NCBI GenBank assembly: GCA_010093745.1 | Contig: MU005986.1 | Location: forward strand, 124,001 to 188,000 | Source of the DNA: Piedraia hortae CBS 480.64 | Taxonomy: Eukaryota | DNA: 64,000 bases | Direction: 5' to 3' | In this document: in pieces, positions 1 to 11,759 of the stretch | Layout of the letters: every line of letters starts with the position of its first letter | Position numbering within the stretch: the stretch's first letter is position 1 | Notes under the pieces: model-generated | Databases searched by the model: none | What the model was told of the DNA's origin: nothing | What the model saw: the letters and a program-made list of their open reading frames with translations, nothing else | Position numbers and translations under genes: made by a program

Positions 1-307
1 GCTGCTATTGCTAGCTCAGCCTTGCTGCAGCCACATCCGCCGGTTCACCAGTCTGCCTCGGTAACGATGGCGCCATTGCCTGTTGGCACCTGACCTAGAT
101 TGCAACTGTAGTTTCCTTAAAGCTGGCCGGTCCCACTCGATTGAGGAAAAAACCGATTGGGAACGAGCTGGTGTATAATCGTGCACAATTCTGCACACAA
201 AATCTGCCTAACAACCTCTGACACCCTGCGAATCATTCCCGAAGAACACCTTGGCGCTGGCGTCCTGCCTCCCGAGGATATGGTCCAAAACTCCCCCCAA
301 ACCCGTA

Positions 308-1189
308 TCATGTTTTGTTTTTCGCAATCCAGTCCCCAAGTTTATTCAACGAGAACTTATTATCGGCCCTAAACTTCTCCAAACCATTCACCTCCTCGAG
401 AATCGAACCTGCGGGCCCCTTACTCGCGCGCCGAATGATCTCATCAATGATTCGTTTTCGTCGGAAATAATAGGACCTATCGCTTTCCTTGTTGCGCCAT
501 GAAGCGCCCAGTGACGCCTCAAGCGATTGCACCGAAGGATTCCCATTCAGCCCAACCGTCCACTCTTGCCAGAGATCAGGAACTGTGGCGATGCTCCGGT
601 CCTGGGCGTGTTGAGCAGGACTGTTAGCAGCAACAGCAGCAGGCTGCCCTGGGGTCGCTCGATCATGTTCCGATAATAGCGCCTCTTGGAGGGTATTATG
701 TGCGCTTGCATCTTCAGGCTGTGCACTCCATTCTGTCCGATTGCCCATGTTGTGCCACCCGTTTACTAGTCGGGTTCCCACTTGCTCAGCAGCAACTTCG
801 GCAGACGGTTCCCCTTCTTCCCGAAGTAGGCCTCCGTCTCTCCTGTAACCCTGTCCATCGCTAGATAGTCTGACCCTAGTCTCACGCCCTGCCCTCTGGT
901 CGGCCGTATCCCCATTCCTATTCCCATCAAGACCAACAGTAGTCGTTACGGTAAACTGCCTGTTCCTTTCAAACTGAGACAATTCGTCAATCTCTTGTTG
1001 CATGCGCTGAAGCTGTTTCCGACTCTCAATGCTTTGCCGCAGCGAATCCTGGCGCATCCGGTCGATTGCGCCCATGATTTCCGTCTGGATATTCTCCAGC
1101 TTGAGCTCAATTCCGCGGGTCAGTTGTTGGAATTGTTGCTCGCTCAGCCCGCCAGAGAGACTTGGCGATGATGGCGCGGATGGGTCCAT
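308..1189 (-). CDS. GCR1_C-domain protein (Gcr1/Msn1/Hot1-like DNA-binding C-terminus; possibly Crypton-derived)
   Basis: C-terminal SIATVPDLWQEWTVGLNGNPSVQSLEASLGASWR...YFRRKRIIDEI matches the GCR1_C pattern; coiled coil near N-terminus; first in-frame ATG at 1189 (track start 1222 is TTG). Confidence 0.75.
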   Translation of the reverse strand: MDPSAPSSPSLSGGLSEQQFQQLTRGIELKLENIQTEIMGAIDRMRQDSLRQSIESRKQLQRMQQEIDELSQFERNRQFTVTTTVGLDGNRNGDTADQRAGRETRVRLSSDGQGYRRDGGLLREEGEPSAEVAAEQVGTRLVNGWHNMGNRTEWSAQPEDASAHNTLQEALLSEHDRATPGQPAAVAANSPAQHAQDRSIATVPDLWQEWTVGLNGNPSVQSLEASLGASWRNKESDRSYYFRRKRIIDEIIRRASKGPAGSILEEVNGLEKFRADNKFSLNKLGDWIAKNKT

Positions 1190-1722
1190 TGCCACGATTA
1201 CGACAGCAATCGGTGACTGCAAATGATGGAATAGATCCGTCAGAGGTCAAGTGTGAATATTTATTTCGCTCGAGGAGTTTGGTGTTCACTGAGCCTGGCT
1301 AGAAGGAATGCGACTTGTTTGTCGAATTGAACTGTGGAAACTGAAGCGGGGCGCTAGGTCTAATATGGTATGGTACACTCGTTAACCGAAAATAGTAATC
1401 GAGCTAGTCTTCTAGAAGAAGTTGACATCACTCAAGTCAGCCTGCCAAACTCTAGGTGCAAACGCTTTTATCCGGACAGACTTGAGCGAGCTAACTCGAT
1501 CGGTCTACCATCCCCATCCCAAATACCACTTAAAATCTCCTCCACTATAAATGTACAAGAGAATGGCTATCTGCAATCTCAACAGTACGAGACACTGTTA
1601 ACGCATACCAACTGCTATGCTCCGTAGTATTCAGAACGTTAATCCCCAACAGAACTCGACAGAAAAGTATTCATAAACTCCCTGCACCACCAGTACATAC
1701 ACCCTACCAACGGCCAGAACGC

Positions 1723-4700
1723 CTACTCCCTCAGCGTCCTCAACAACTTCTGCCCACCGAGTAACAGCCTAGATTTCCTCCCAAGCTCCTCATCATGTTC
1801 ATCTACACCGTTAACATTCGCACTATTTACTTCCGACGTCTTGGGTCTTATACCCCCAAAGTGAAATAGACCCCTTGGTCTCCTACTAGCCTCATTCCCA
1901 CTGGGGTGCTCACCCTGCTGTTGCTGCTGCTGCTGCTGTTGATGATGATGATGGCTCGAATCGTCACCACTACCATCAACTCTGTTAAGAAACTCTGCAG
2001 TGGCTTGTTCATCGATGCCATTATCATCGGCCCCAAACCCTGTCGAGCTTGTGGTGTCGGTGATTGACTTGTCTATAGTTGTTGCGACTGAAGTTCGTCT
2101 ATCATCACCATGACCGCTGAGGATGTAGTCTTCGGGGAGGTCAAGGATGGAGCTCTGTGCGCTGCTTTCGTTTGCTGGGGTGCCAAGCGCGGTCTCGGAG
2201 TTTGCGTTGGAGTTACCGAGCTTCGCCCTCGCTTTGTGATATGTGAATTTATTGCCGACGATTTTGCCAGCGTGGGATATCAGAACGCGGATGGCGTCTT
2301 TCTTGAGTTGGAGGGCGAGGTCGAGGTTCGACCATGTTTTGTTACGGTACTCGAGTGTGGGCATGCGGAAGATGAGGTCGTGTACATCTTCTAGGTTGCG
2401 TTTGCCTTGGCCTTTGTAGGAGAGGCAGAGCACCATGCTGGGTATGCGGACGTAGGAGAGGGTCATGTAATTTGATGCGCGGGAGAGCATTTGAGACAAG
2501 TCGTCGTCTCTTGCAGCAGTATGGGTGCCGCCTCCAGTCTTGTTGTGATTGACTTTTCTCTTGTCATCACTTTGTGTGCGGATCAGGAGCGGGGGCTTCT
2601 TGGACGGATCTGACCCGATAGAGGCAAGGGAGCGAGAGCTGGGTGGGCGTAGAGTTTTGTTCAGGTTTGTTGCGCGGTGGTGTAGAGCATTGCGAGAACT
2701 GCTTGAGATGGAAAGCCATGATTTGCTACTGCCATCATGGTGGTGCCCCAGGCTGTGGGCAGGCTTGTTTGTGTATCCCTTTCCTGACAGATTGAGTGTT
2801 GGATGGAGCCGTTTTGGCAAGGAACCCAGGCTGTTGCCGTTGCTTTGGTCTGTGGAAGGTAGGGAAACTTCGTATGAAGATTGACCGTCGCCGTCATCAT
2901 CATCATCATCCTGTGATGGAATCATATTCTTCACCATAAACGGTGAGAAGCCACCTTCTTCAAATGCATTCCCACCTACGCCCGGGAAAATGTATTCGAA
3001 GAGTTTCTTGACAACCTCCCGCTCCAACTGCAGTTTCAACGGAACCAGGTTAACCTCGAACCGGTCTACTACAGAGATTCCAGCTATGGCCTCCAGCATT
3101 AGCCAGTGGACACGAAGCATCTTCTCATCACCGAGATGCCGACCGTCGAATGACTCGTCAGTGAATGGCCCAATGATCTGAGGGTATATTGCTGAGGGGA
3201 GGCGATTGGAGCCGTGGATGCGATCAATCTCGAGACGGTAGTCCTTTGACCCATCGTTGTTATTCGTGAGATCAAATGAGGTGCCCCTAAGCTGAAACTC
3301 GAGCAATGGCTCGTTCTTTTCTCGGATGAGGTGCCAAGCAATGTCACGAGCCCAGACGTTCAAGTGCAACGTCCCAGAGGTAGAATCCTGATCACGTCTG
3401 TCTTCAGGTCGATGCTGCGACGTGGTGATGGCCGTCATCATGAAGAACAGCTCATCCTCGCAGCTCGCCAGCTCATTCTCAATCGAAATGTGATCTTTCC
3501 ATCCCTGCCGATCAAGGTACTTCTCATTGACCTGGAAATGCGTCTTCAGCTCATACAGCATGCGGATGCGGTCCTGCAATGCCTGGACCATCTCCGGCGC
3601 ACCGCTAAGATCACTGAAGTCGGAAGCAAGCATGATCTTCTCCAGCCGCTCGCTGCGAGTCTTTTCAAGCGGTTCGCTGTACAGTAGGAGATCCATGACG
3701 ATGATGTACAGAGCGTAGTATTGGCTCGAATCACAAATGGCCTTTAATTGGGGGAATTCCACCCACATATGATCCATCCGATCCTGGCCCTCCTCTGTGC
3801 TCCTGACCGTCATTTGCTCACCGGCTGAGACATCATCATTGCGTTTCAGCCGCAGTGAATTGTACTTGTCGTAGCGCATACTCGCCGACGTCCTAGTCAC
3901 TACTCTGTTGAAACCAAAGGGAGTTGCCTGGAACTCAAACATGATCTCCATGGGAACCCACGGCGGCCATTGGGCCCCAGCCCGAGTCCCATACAGATTG
4001 GCCGAGTACATATGGAACAGGTCAGTGGAAAAGGTTTTTGTGCTAGTGACAAACATTTGCAGACTGTCAGCAGCAGCAACGAAGCGGCGCTGAACGAGTC
4101 CGTTGACCTCGTCGGTGATGTTGTCCTTGTCCATGATCTGGACGACCTTGAGCTGCATCCCTTTTGCCGTCATGAGCACCGCCGAGCTGCGGTTCTTTTC
4201 GCTTTGGAACTGTACCTGAGGCGCGATGAGCTTGAAATGGTAGATGTTGAGAGGAGTGTAGTCAGGCGAAATGTCCTGGTGAGTGGCAGAAGTATCGACC
4301 GCGTTCGACGGCTGAGGCTCTGCCGCATCGACAAATTGCCGAGTATCCTTGAGAAGCTGCTGGATACGATCCTGGACCTCCTCATCGTTGTCTTCGTCCT
4401 CAGGCGGACCTTTGGCTTGGGGATTCTGCGATTGTCGCTGAGCTGGTGTGACCGGGCGCTGGCTGCTCTTCTCCTGCTCTTCTATAATATCAAGAATGAA
4501 CCGCACAGCCCTTCGGGACATGTAATACACGAAACCCTGTCTCTGGCTCGTTTGATGAAAGTAGCGCAACAGTATATTCCTAAGGGAATTGTTCCACTTG
4601 ATTTGTGCGTTGTGCACGATGAAGCGGTTGTTGAAATCAGTAGGCACCTCTTCCATGCCCAATTCCATCTCAGGACGCCCACTCTGCTCCTGCTCCTCAA

Positions 4701-7700
4701 AGAATTCTTCACTTGTCTCCAGGTCTGGTACAAGTGAGGGATCCCTATCGCGTAACCGTTGATTGAGTGTGTCAAGCATCCGCTGCAGGTATGCTTGTTT
4801 GTTGTTTAAATGCTCACCGTGACTACGCAAAGCAGAGAACTTCGCCTCTAGTCGCTCTCGAGCAACTTTGTCGTCCCCAACATCCCGCACGATCTTGAGC
4901 TCTTGCTCGTTTGCAGCACGCTGGTTCTGGATCTTCTGCTCCCGCAACGTTTTTAGGCGCTGTGCAATGAGCTCAGCCTGTACGCGTCTCGGGTCATTTT
5001 TCAGAGTCATTACGCAGTCATGAGTGGGCTCATCGCCAAAGGGACTGGTGCGGGACGGATCACCGGCAATGACCCCTCCATGATCCGTCTGCCGAAAGTA
5101 CGTGAACCGCGGGGCATATCCCAGAGGCAAGTACTTGATTTCAGGATTAGGAGCTGATGGAAGCACCCAGTCCAGCTCGACAAAGTCGTCCATGTCAATC
5201 CAGGTAAAGTCGTTATCCGGGATTTCCACCCTGGACAGGTTCTCTACACCTGGCGTTTGGCTATGGATATTGGCAATTTCTTCATCTGTTGCCTGATCAA
5301 GATCCTCAAGACTGGCGCCACTGATCGTAGCCGATACAGCTCTTAAGTCGGCATGGATAAAGTCCAGCTGAGCCTCGTGGATACGCATGCCAGACGTCTT
5401 CTTAAGCACGTCTCCATGCCCCTGCACATCAAAATGCTCCCTGCGTTGATGCAAATCCAGCACAAAGCTATCGAGCTTCATTTTCAAGCCAGTGGACGAG
5501 ACCGAGTTGGTCTCATAGTCCTCGGCATCCTTATGCTTGTAAACGTGGCTGACGTATAAAGGCGACAGGAGGAGGCTGTACTTGATTGTGGCCAGATGAC
5601 GGCCAAACTTCTTGCTCTTCTTCTCCGTCACCCCCCACAACGGGCCCTGACGAATGGGCAGGGACATGACACCAGAGAACATGGACCACCAGTTGAGGAA
5701 ATGCGTCAAAAAGCGAGGGCTGAGATGCACTGAATTGTAGTTGTTCGATGGCGTGACATCCGAGTCCAACCAGTTCCTGTTTGGCGGAGCCAGGATGCCA
5801 ATCGACATGTGGATATGTTGGCTGCGGAAACCACGGTAGGCATCATACTCTTGTCCAGGCGGTGCCCGAGTAAAGTCGGGGTGCTTCAGGACGACATCGT
5901 AATGAGGTTTGAAGTTGAAGACCTGTTTCCCCTCTTCATCGTCGCGCTGGAAGATCAGCCCAACCAGCCATCGAACATTTCCAGACAGTTTCATAATGAC
6001 CTTCTTAAAGGCCTGGGCGTTCTTATGCGAAGTAGAATGGCTTCTCTTATGGCCAAAGCGACTCTCATGCATTCGCCTGGCATCTTTGTTGAAATCTGGG
6101 ATGGCGAGGATGTAATCACCACTGTCGATTGTCATGAACTGCTTGGGGTCAAGCGACTGGCCAATGTTCCACCGCACATCGTTCCGCCAAACCATGACCA
6201 ACCCAGCCCCGGTGCCAGTGACCAAATATGGATCCCTTGACCCTTTGAGGTTCAGATGCATATCACCACCACCTCTCCACGAAACATTGACACGAGAATG
6301 GAAGCTCAACCGGATTTTATCCCAGAAGCCCACTCGATCCGAAGGGTCAACTGGCGGTTTGGTGAAGCCCTCAATGACCTGCATAATATCCTGAATAGCG
6401 GGCTGGTACGACGAACCCCAGGTGATGACTGTCGGATTGCTGGTGTTGATCTCGAAGCGCATATCCGAATACGTCTTGACAGGGGAAATAGTCCTCCGAA
6501 CCTCAACAGCAAAGCCCTTTTTACTCCCTGATCCCATCTTCTCGGGAGGTACAACCTCTACAAAAACCTGCCGCTGGCTCTCAACGTCACGGAACTCCTC
6601 TGCCACGACAAAGTCAGCTCGCATCGACAGTGCTGGCAACCTTGCGCTCTGACTGCCGGATATCTGCGGAACGTGCATTACGGGCAGAGGGTAATCGCGG
6701 AGTTGCGTACGGAGCTCTCCCATGGCTATATGCATATTCAAGGGCAGTAGCATACCGTACTTCATGTCGTACGGCATACCTTTGCCCACGTCGTGCAGGA
6801 AGGTTGGGATTTTCTCAAGCGGAAAAGAGGGCTTATCAATGGCAAAGTAAAGGTCACTGATTGACATGAACATCAGCGCGGGTCGCTGGCTGCGAGGAAG
6901 AATGGGCTCTTTCTCAACGTCGTTGTCGTGAATCTCATCGACAGTGGCGGGAAGGTGCTGAATCTCAGGCACTGTGGTGGTTGGAGAGTTTAGGACACGA
7001 TCAATGCGGTACTTCCACGACTGCGCATTTAGTTGATCAAGCTTCTCTCGGGCGTACTCGACCGATACACTCGCACGATCACTCAAGTGGCATCGGGCTT
7101 CACCATCGTACCGAAACCTCGAACGTCCTTCGTTACCATGCCGGTGGCTTGTTCGCGCTCTTGGCGACTTTACATCTCCATCATCATTCATTTGGCTCAC
7201 CGGGCGTTCACTAGGCGCTGCGGAGTGTGCGCGAGTTCGAGCTCGGCCACGCGCACTCTTGGCCACTAGCCTTTCCTTCATCCTAAACGCTTGTTCTCGA
7301 GCAAGCCTCTGTTGTTGCTCAATCAGTCCCGTCCTGTATATCGCCGCCAGTTTCCACTCAAATCCACCATCTTCCACATCGAACAAGAAGAGATTGGCTC
7401 TGACGGTCACACGAGGCACTTTCTTTGGCTCTTCTGGTTTTTTTCTGAGGATATAGTCTCTAGTGCCAGTCGCAAAGTGATGCTGCAGTTGCTGGGATGT
7501 CTTGATGACGCTGGTAATGTTATCAAAGACGCTGTGGACGACAAGCAAATGCGGGACAGCAAAGCGGATCATTTCGGTGGATATATCAATCGACTTTTCC
7601 GGAACCATCAAACCATGCCTCGCCTTTCGCTTGAGATCACGCACATCGAGTCGAATGTGCTTAATGCTAACTATGCGGCTCCAAGCAGACCTTGTGCGCG

Positions 7701-10428
7701 GGGCTCGAACGCACATACGGGCAACCTTGGCCCGTACATAAGGCGCCGTCCACCGATGCTTACCGGCATCTACTTCAGAGATCTGTAGGAGCATAGGCGG
7801 ATCAGACGGCATGCGTGCCTTGAGTTGAACCAGATTCGCTTTAAAATCCACCGCCGTGATTTCTCCCAAAGCCAACTCTTCGAGCTGCACATCCCTGGGC
7901 GAGAGCGGCATTTCGAATCCACTCACGGACCCACTGGTGCTAGGTGGATGGCCATCAATGTTAGGCGTCTCCTTAGCTGAATGGCTGAGAAACGTATTCC
8001 TCACAACCGTTACAGCGACTCCGATGGCAAAGTGGGTGTATAGCGAGTACTGCATCAATAACGTCTTGGCAAACGCGTTGATATGGAAAATGGGGCCTTG
8101 TGGATCACTCAACGTAGAAAACCCAAGCTCAAGCTGCGGCAGTGTCATGAAAGACTCGGGCTCGGAGCCATCTAGCGAATCAATAATGTACCCGTCCAGG
8201 TTCTGGATATTGACTGTGAGTTTTCGGTCATCGGCAAAGTGGTGATGCTTTCTGCCGGGAGATGTGTTGCGAGTACGGCTCTTCTTGACTCTAATCGAAC
8301 TGGGCCTGATAAGGCTCATTCTTCGCGAGTCTTCAATGGGCTTTGGCTCCTCGCGATGGCCCTTGTACTCTGTAACCCATGTTTCCAGCTGCAACGCAAA
8401 TCCTCTTGTTTCTGACGAGACTTGCTCATCGATTCCGGCTAACTGCAGCCCAAATTCAGAACCCTCTACACGGCAATATTGTAGCCAGCTTGGTACGGTG
8501 CGCAAGAAACTGGGCTTGGCCTTCTTGACCGGCGACTCGTGTCTGGCCATGACATCCTTGTGCAGCTGCGCAACAATCTGAGCAAGGCCTTTGCAAATCT
8601 CGGGCCGAACAAGGAAGATTGCAAAGGTCCGCAGCCGGACGTCTGCTGTTACAGTAGGTTCTGGGAGCGCATTGATATTGACGTCCACTTCAACCGTATC
8701 ACTTTGCATCAAATCATGCCGCTCGCCCCCAGCGGTGAGATAATAAAGGTTATGCTTGGTGTGACGATAGTTTGACCCCAGATTGTAATTGATTCCACCG
8801 TCAGCCGCATGCGATGATTCAAGTTCAATGGCGATAGAAGTAACAGATGAGATTAAGAGATCATATTCGTCAGATGCAGCATCGGCCTTTTCCATAGGCG
8901 GTAGTGATATGCGCACGACGGGTTCTTGGATGGACAGTTTGACTCGAGCCTTGGGCAGAAGCTGTGAGATGAGTCGGTGACGGTTCTCCAGAGAATGATG
9001 ACCACGAACAGAAGGCACATGCTTTCGTCGATACCGGCGTTTCAAGATATTACGTATCGTCGGCAGATGCTTTGGATCCAGATCGATGGAAGGGGAAGTG
9101 CACACGAAGTTAGCGTAGAGCATGTTCGTATTTCGATCTTGGGCAGTGCCACGTTGTTCATGGTGTATGGTGCGAGTAAGGAGCGTGGTACGGACGGTGG
9201 CAGTGATCATTGGAACATACAAAATACGCTCCGGGTGTTCATGGCCATCCTCGATTCCGGCCGAAATTTCAATTGCAGTGACAAGACATTGATGGGCGAT
9301 ATCATTAGTGGAAAAGTGCATACGATGGGCAGGGCTCTTGGGCTCCAATCTTGCGATGTCCAGGCTGACTTGTTTAATGGCAAAATTGAAGTAAATCTCA
9401 GTGCCCGATGAGCTCTTGACATCTAGCTTCTGCGAAATGCCGAGCACGCCCACAGACAGCTGCACCTCCCTTATGCCACGCAGAATCGAAGCAACAAAGG
9501 CCCGGGAATCGGCCACAACGCGACCAACCCATTCTTCGTGGCTCGTCCCCGGGTTCTCCAACTCCTCGAGAGCATCGGTAAGAGACACTCGCTTGCGTTT
9601 GGTATAAAGAGATTTGCCCCGCAAGATTTTGGCCTGCGATTTTGCCAATTGGATCTCGCTGTTGGGCACATTAAGTCGGCCACATTTGAGAGAAATGGAG
9701 GCATCACGGAGCCCCTGCAGCTTGTTGTGCAACAAACCATGAACGCTCAAGGTGCAGGTGTCCAGTATTTCGGTCGAGGGACCGCCCTCGGGCGTAAACA
9801 GAAGACTTCGGAATAGGGCCATCCATTCGGCCGGGCTCTGTGTATCCGGACCAGGCTTCTGGAACTGGAACCAGCGAGAGTGACCCATAAGTTTGCTGCG
9901 GGTATCCACCGATAGGGTCAACCGTTCCAGCCTCAGACTTCCCACGCCGATGATCTTAACTTCGGTAGCTGTGGCCACCAGATCCAGCCATTTGATCCAA
10001 TGGATGCGGCTGTGCAGCCTCTTGATCTTCTCTTTGGTCTCCGTAAGTTGCCTCCAAAGCTTCCCGTGGCCATCTGCATCTTCATAGTCCCCATCAACCA
10101 CCTTTGGATCCCCTGGTGCAGAAATGCTCCCTAAATCGACTGTAACAACAAGCTCCGTCACATTGAGGCTGCACCAAGTCGGCAGGGCAAAAGTCGGGCG
10201 ATGAAAGCTCAGACCTAGTCCTCGCACATTGATTTTGATGCCCTTTTTCGCCGTAAATGAAATGCGCCGCAGACCGGAAAACCCCAGTCGCTGCACGCTC
10301 ACCCCCGTCACAACGCGCAAGATGGCAAAGACGACAAACGTCGACAGATAGCACACAACAGCGATGCCCAAGAGCACGGGCAGCGAGGGAAGGATCATTC
10401 TGGACGAGACAATGCTATCATGGGCCAC
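1723..10428 (-). CDS. FMP27: FMP27/Hobbit (BLTP2/KIAA0100) bridge-like lipid transfer protein
   Basis: 2901-aa single ORF; N-terminal TM anchor; GFWDK motif, WPPW motif, C-terminal Apt1-like region (LSYKG...MPTLEYRNKTWS). Confidence 0.92.
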   Translation of the reverse strand: MAHDSIVSSRMILPSLPVLLGIAVVCYLSTFVVFAILRVVTGVSVQRLGFSGLRRISFTAKKGIKINVRGLGLSFHRPTFALPTWCSLNVTELVVTVDLGSISAPGDPKVVDGDYEDADGHGKLWRQLTETKEKIKRLHSRIHWIKWLDLVATATEVKIIGVGSLRLERLTLSVDTRSKLMGHSRWFQFQKPGPDTQSPAEWMALFRSLLFTPEGGPSTEILDTCTLSVHGLLHNKLQGLRDASISLKCGRLNVPNSEIQLAKSQAKILRGKSLYTKRKRVSLTDALEELENPGTSHEEWVGRVVADSRAFVASILRGIREVQLSVGVLGISQKLDVKSSSGTEIYFNFAIKQVSLDIARLEPKSPAHRMHFSTNDIAHQCLVTAIEISAGIEDGHEHPERILYVPMITATVRTTLLTRTIHHEQRGTAQDRNTNMLYANFVCTSPSIDLDPKHLPTIRNILKRRYRRKHVPSVRGHHSLENRHRLISQLLPKARVKLSIQEPVVRISLPPMEKADAASDEYDLLISSVTSIAIELESSHAADGGINYNLGSNYRHTKHNLYYLTAGGERHDLMQSDTVEVDVNINALPEPTVTADVRLRTFAIFLVRPEICKGLAQIVAQLHKDVMARHESPVKKAKPSFLRTVPSWLQYCRVEGSEFGLQLAGIDEQVSSETRGFALQLETWVTEYKGHREEPKPIEDSRRMSLIRPSSIRVKKSRTRNTSPGRKHHHFADDRKLTVNIQNLDGYIIDSLDGSEPESFMTLPQLELGFSTLSDPQGPIFHINAFAKTLLMQYSLYTHFAIGVAVTVVRNTFLSHSAKETPNIDGHPPSTSGSVSGFEMPLSPRDVQLEELALGEITAVDFKANLVQLKARMPSDPPMLLQISEVDAGKHRWTAPYVRAKVARMCVRAPRTRSAWSRIVSIKHIRLDVRDLKRKARHGLMVPEKSIDISTEMIRFAVPHLLVVHSVFDNITSVIKTSQQLQHHFATGTRDYILRKKPEEPKKVPRVTVRANLFLFDVEDGGFEWKLAAIYRTGLIEQQQRLAREQAFRMKERLVAKSARGRARTRAHSAAPSERPVSQMNDDGDVKSPRARTSHRHGNEGRSRFRYDGEARCHLSDRASVSVEYAREKLDQLNAQSWKYRIDRVLNSPTTTVPEIQHLPATVDEIHDNDVEKEPILPRSQRPALMFMSISDLYFAIDKPSFPLEKIPTFLHDVGKGMPYDMKYGMLLPLNMHIAMGELRTQLRDYPLPVMHVPQISGSQSARLPALSMRADFVVAEEFRDVESQRQVFVEVVPPEKMGSGSKKGFAVEVRRTISPVKTYSDMRFEINTSNPTVITWGSSYQPAIQDIMQVIEGFTKPPVDPSDRVGFWDKIRLSFHSRVNVSWRGGGDMHLNLKGSRDPYLVTGTGAGLVMVWRNDVRWNIGQSLDPKQFMTIDSGDYILAIPDFNKDARRMHESRFGHKRSHSTSHKNAQAFKKVIMKLSGNVRWLVGLIFQRDDEEGKQVFNFKPHYDVVLKHPDFTRAPPGQEYDAYRGFRSQHIHMSIGILAPPNRNWLDSDVTPSNNYNSVHLSPRFLTHFLNWWSMFSGVMSLPIRQGPLWGVTEKKSKKFGRHLATIKYSLLLSPLYVSHVYKHKDAEDYETNSVSSTGLKMKLDSFVLDLHQRREHFDVQGHGDVLKKTSGMRIHEAQLDFIHADLRAVSATISGASLEDLDQATDEEIANIHSQTPGVENLSRVEIPDNDFTWIDMDDFVELDWVLPSAPNPEIKYLPLGYAPRFTYFRQTDHGGVIAGDPSRTSPFGDEPTHDCVMTLKNDPRRVQAELIAQRLKTLREQKIQNQRAANEQELKIVRDVGDDKVARERLEAKFSALRSHGEHLNNKQAYLQRMLDTLNQRLRDRDPSLVPDLETSEEFFEEQEQSGRPEMELGMEEVPTDFNNRFIVHNAQIKWNNSLRNILLRYFHQTSQRQGFVYYMSRRAVRFILDIIEEQEKSSQRPVTPAQRQSQNPQAKGPPEDEDNDEEVQDRIQQLLKDTRQFVDAAEPQPSNAVDTSATHQDISPDYTPLNIYHFKLIAPQVQFQSEKNRSSAVLMTAKGMQLKVVQIMDKDNITDEVNGLVQRRFVAAADSLQMFVTSTKTFSTDLFHMYSANLYGTRAGAQWPPWVPMEIMFEFQATPFGFNRVVTRTSASMRYDKYNSLRLKRNDDVSAGEQMTVRSTEEGQDRMDHMWVEFPQLKAICDSSQYYALYIIVMDLLLYSEPLEKTRSERLEKIMLASDFSDLSGAPEMVQALQDRIRMLYELKTHFQVNEKYLDRQGWKDHISIENELASCEDELFFMMTAITTSQHRPEDRRDQDSTSGTLHLNVWARDIAWHLIREKNEPLLEFQLRGTSFDLTNNNDGSKDYRLEIDRIHGSNRLPSAIYPQIIGPFTDESFDGRHLGDEKMLRVHWLMLEAIAGISVVDRFEVNLVPLKLQLEREVVKKLFEYIFPGVGGNAFEEGGFSPFMVKNMIPSQDDDDDDGDGQSSYEVSLPSTDQSNGNSLGSLPKRLHPTLNLSGKGYTNKPAHSLGHHHDGSSKSWLSISSSSRNALHHRATNLNKTLRPPSSRSLASIGSDPSKKPPLLIRTQSDDKRKVNHNKTGGGTHTAARDDDLSQMLSRASNYMTLSYVRIPSMVLCLSYKGQGKRNLEDVHDLIFRMPTLEYRNKTWSNLDLALQLKKDAIRVLISHAGKIVGNKFTYHKARAKLGNSNANSETALGTPANESSAQSSILDLPEDYILSGHGDDRRTSVATTIDKSITDTTSSTGFGADDNGIDEQATAEFLNRVDGSGDDSSHHHHQQQQQQQQQGEHPSGNEASRRPRGLFHFGGIRPKTSEVNSANVNGVDEHDEELGRKSRLLLGGQKLLRTLRE
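1915..1952. repeat. Trinucleotide microsatellite encoding poly-His/poly-Gln in the FMP27 C-terminus
   Basis: (ctg)n and (atg)n runs; translate on - strand as HHHHQQQQQQQQQ. Confidence 0.85.
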
Positions 10429-10757
10429 TACTCCTGGCGGCGTTGCCCTGTGAGTGTGGACATGCTTTGACGCGTTTGCGTTTAGGTCACCTCAACAACG
10501 GGAATGTGGAAGTGGAAGGCGCGTTACTCTGGTCAGGATGCGCTCTCTAGACAACAATCTACTTTTGCGAGCCCACCTGTTCAGCCTTCGTTCCGCGAAA
10601 GTCTGGGGGGTAATTTAGGGGGCGACGCGCCATGGGGGTGCGGGGTTTCAATAACGTCATTGCCTTTTTCCTAATGCGGAGGCCAACCTCACTCGTCTAC
10701 ATTTCACATCACATCATTGACATTCACATCATACGCTCATTAATGCGTATATGTAGC

Positions 10758-11759
10758 TCAAGAGTCTACCATTGCGGTATCTGTATCGCCGCCCACTGCA
10801 CTGCTAAGAAAGATCTTCTCCTTTGTTGTGGCAGCCATCAGCCCCATCTCATCTTCCACTGTAATCTTTTCAGCTGCCTTGACGGCCTGTTCCAAATCTG
10901 CTGGTCGACTGCTCAAGTTCTCCCTCAGCTCAAGAGCACTGCGTAGATTCTTGGTCCTGTACTTCACGTCTTCAGTTGCTCGATTTGTTTTTCTTGCAGC
11001 GTCCTGGATTTGCGAGGTGGTGTAGTCTCTGTTAGAAGAAAGCGGTGTGGAGGAAAGAGTCTGCACCCAGTATTTATTCCATAGACTTTGCAGTAGCTTA
11101 CTTTCGAGCGTGGATTTGAAGTGTGATACCTCCAGGCTATAGTAGAGGTGAGCAAAAGCACCAAAATCTGCTGCTTTGTCTGTGCGGATTGTAGCTGCGC
11201 CGGTGTATCTTTCTGTTGCCTTGTGCCCCTCGGGATACGTTCGAAAGGCACCAATATCAACCTTGCCCGAGCTGACGGTGCGATGTGGGTCGATGACGAC
11301 GGCAACCATAGGCCCGCTGTACTGTTGGAGAACCTGGGTATCGATATCGATCTTGCTCAGCCAACACCCGTAACCCGGATGGCTATGATACCAGCCGACA
11401 ACATTCTCAACCTGCCCAGCCTGCCGAGCGCTATCAAGAAAGGTAATCAGGTACTCGTTTGCTTCATCTTGCGCGTTCACTCGGGTTTCAGTGCCCTCTA
11501 CGGGAAGTCGCAAGGCATCCGTAACGATAAACGTCTCGTGCTGCACGTGGCCCTGCATGAGGCCCATGACCTCCATATCTCTGCCAGATCGCGCGTGCAT
11601 TACCATCTTGACATATGCAACGGCCGATATACGGACATTTTTGAAGTGCGTTGGGTCGCTCTTCCACGGTGCTTTGTCCGTCAATTCTTTTACTGCGGCA
11701 GCATCATAGTTGTAAAGGGCATCGCGGTCGGCATCGACCAGGCTAAATCCATCGCCCAT
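10758..11759 (-). CDS. CSN5: COP9 signalosome subunit 5 (JAMM deneddylase)
   Basis: [50 protein letters not shown] motif; first ATG at 11759. Confidence 0.95.
   Translation of the reverse strand: MGDGFSLVDADRDALYNYDAAAVKELTDKAPWKSDPTHFKNVRISAVAYVKMVMHARSGRDMEVMGLMQGHVQHETFIVTDALRLPVEGTETRVNAQDEANEYLITFLDSARQAGQVENVVGWYHSHPGYGCWLSKIDIDTQVLQQYSGPMVAVVIDPHRTVSSGKVDIGAFRTYPEGHKATERYTGAATIRTDKAADFGAFAHLYYSLEVSHFKSTLESKLLQSLWNKYWVQTLSSTPLSSNRDYTTSQIQDAARKTNRATEDVKYRTKNLRSALELRENLSSRPADLEQAVKAAEKITVEDEMGLMAATTKEKIFLSSAVGGDTDTAMVDS

Noticed and set aside
1..300. Possible second GCR1_C paralogue fragment (GEPADVAA / RLVN resemblance)
   Set aside because: Similarity is only a few residues in different frames and is cut by the window edge
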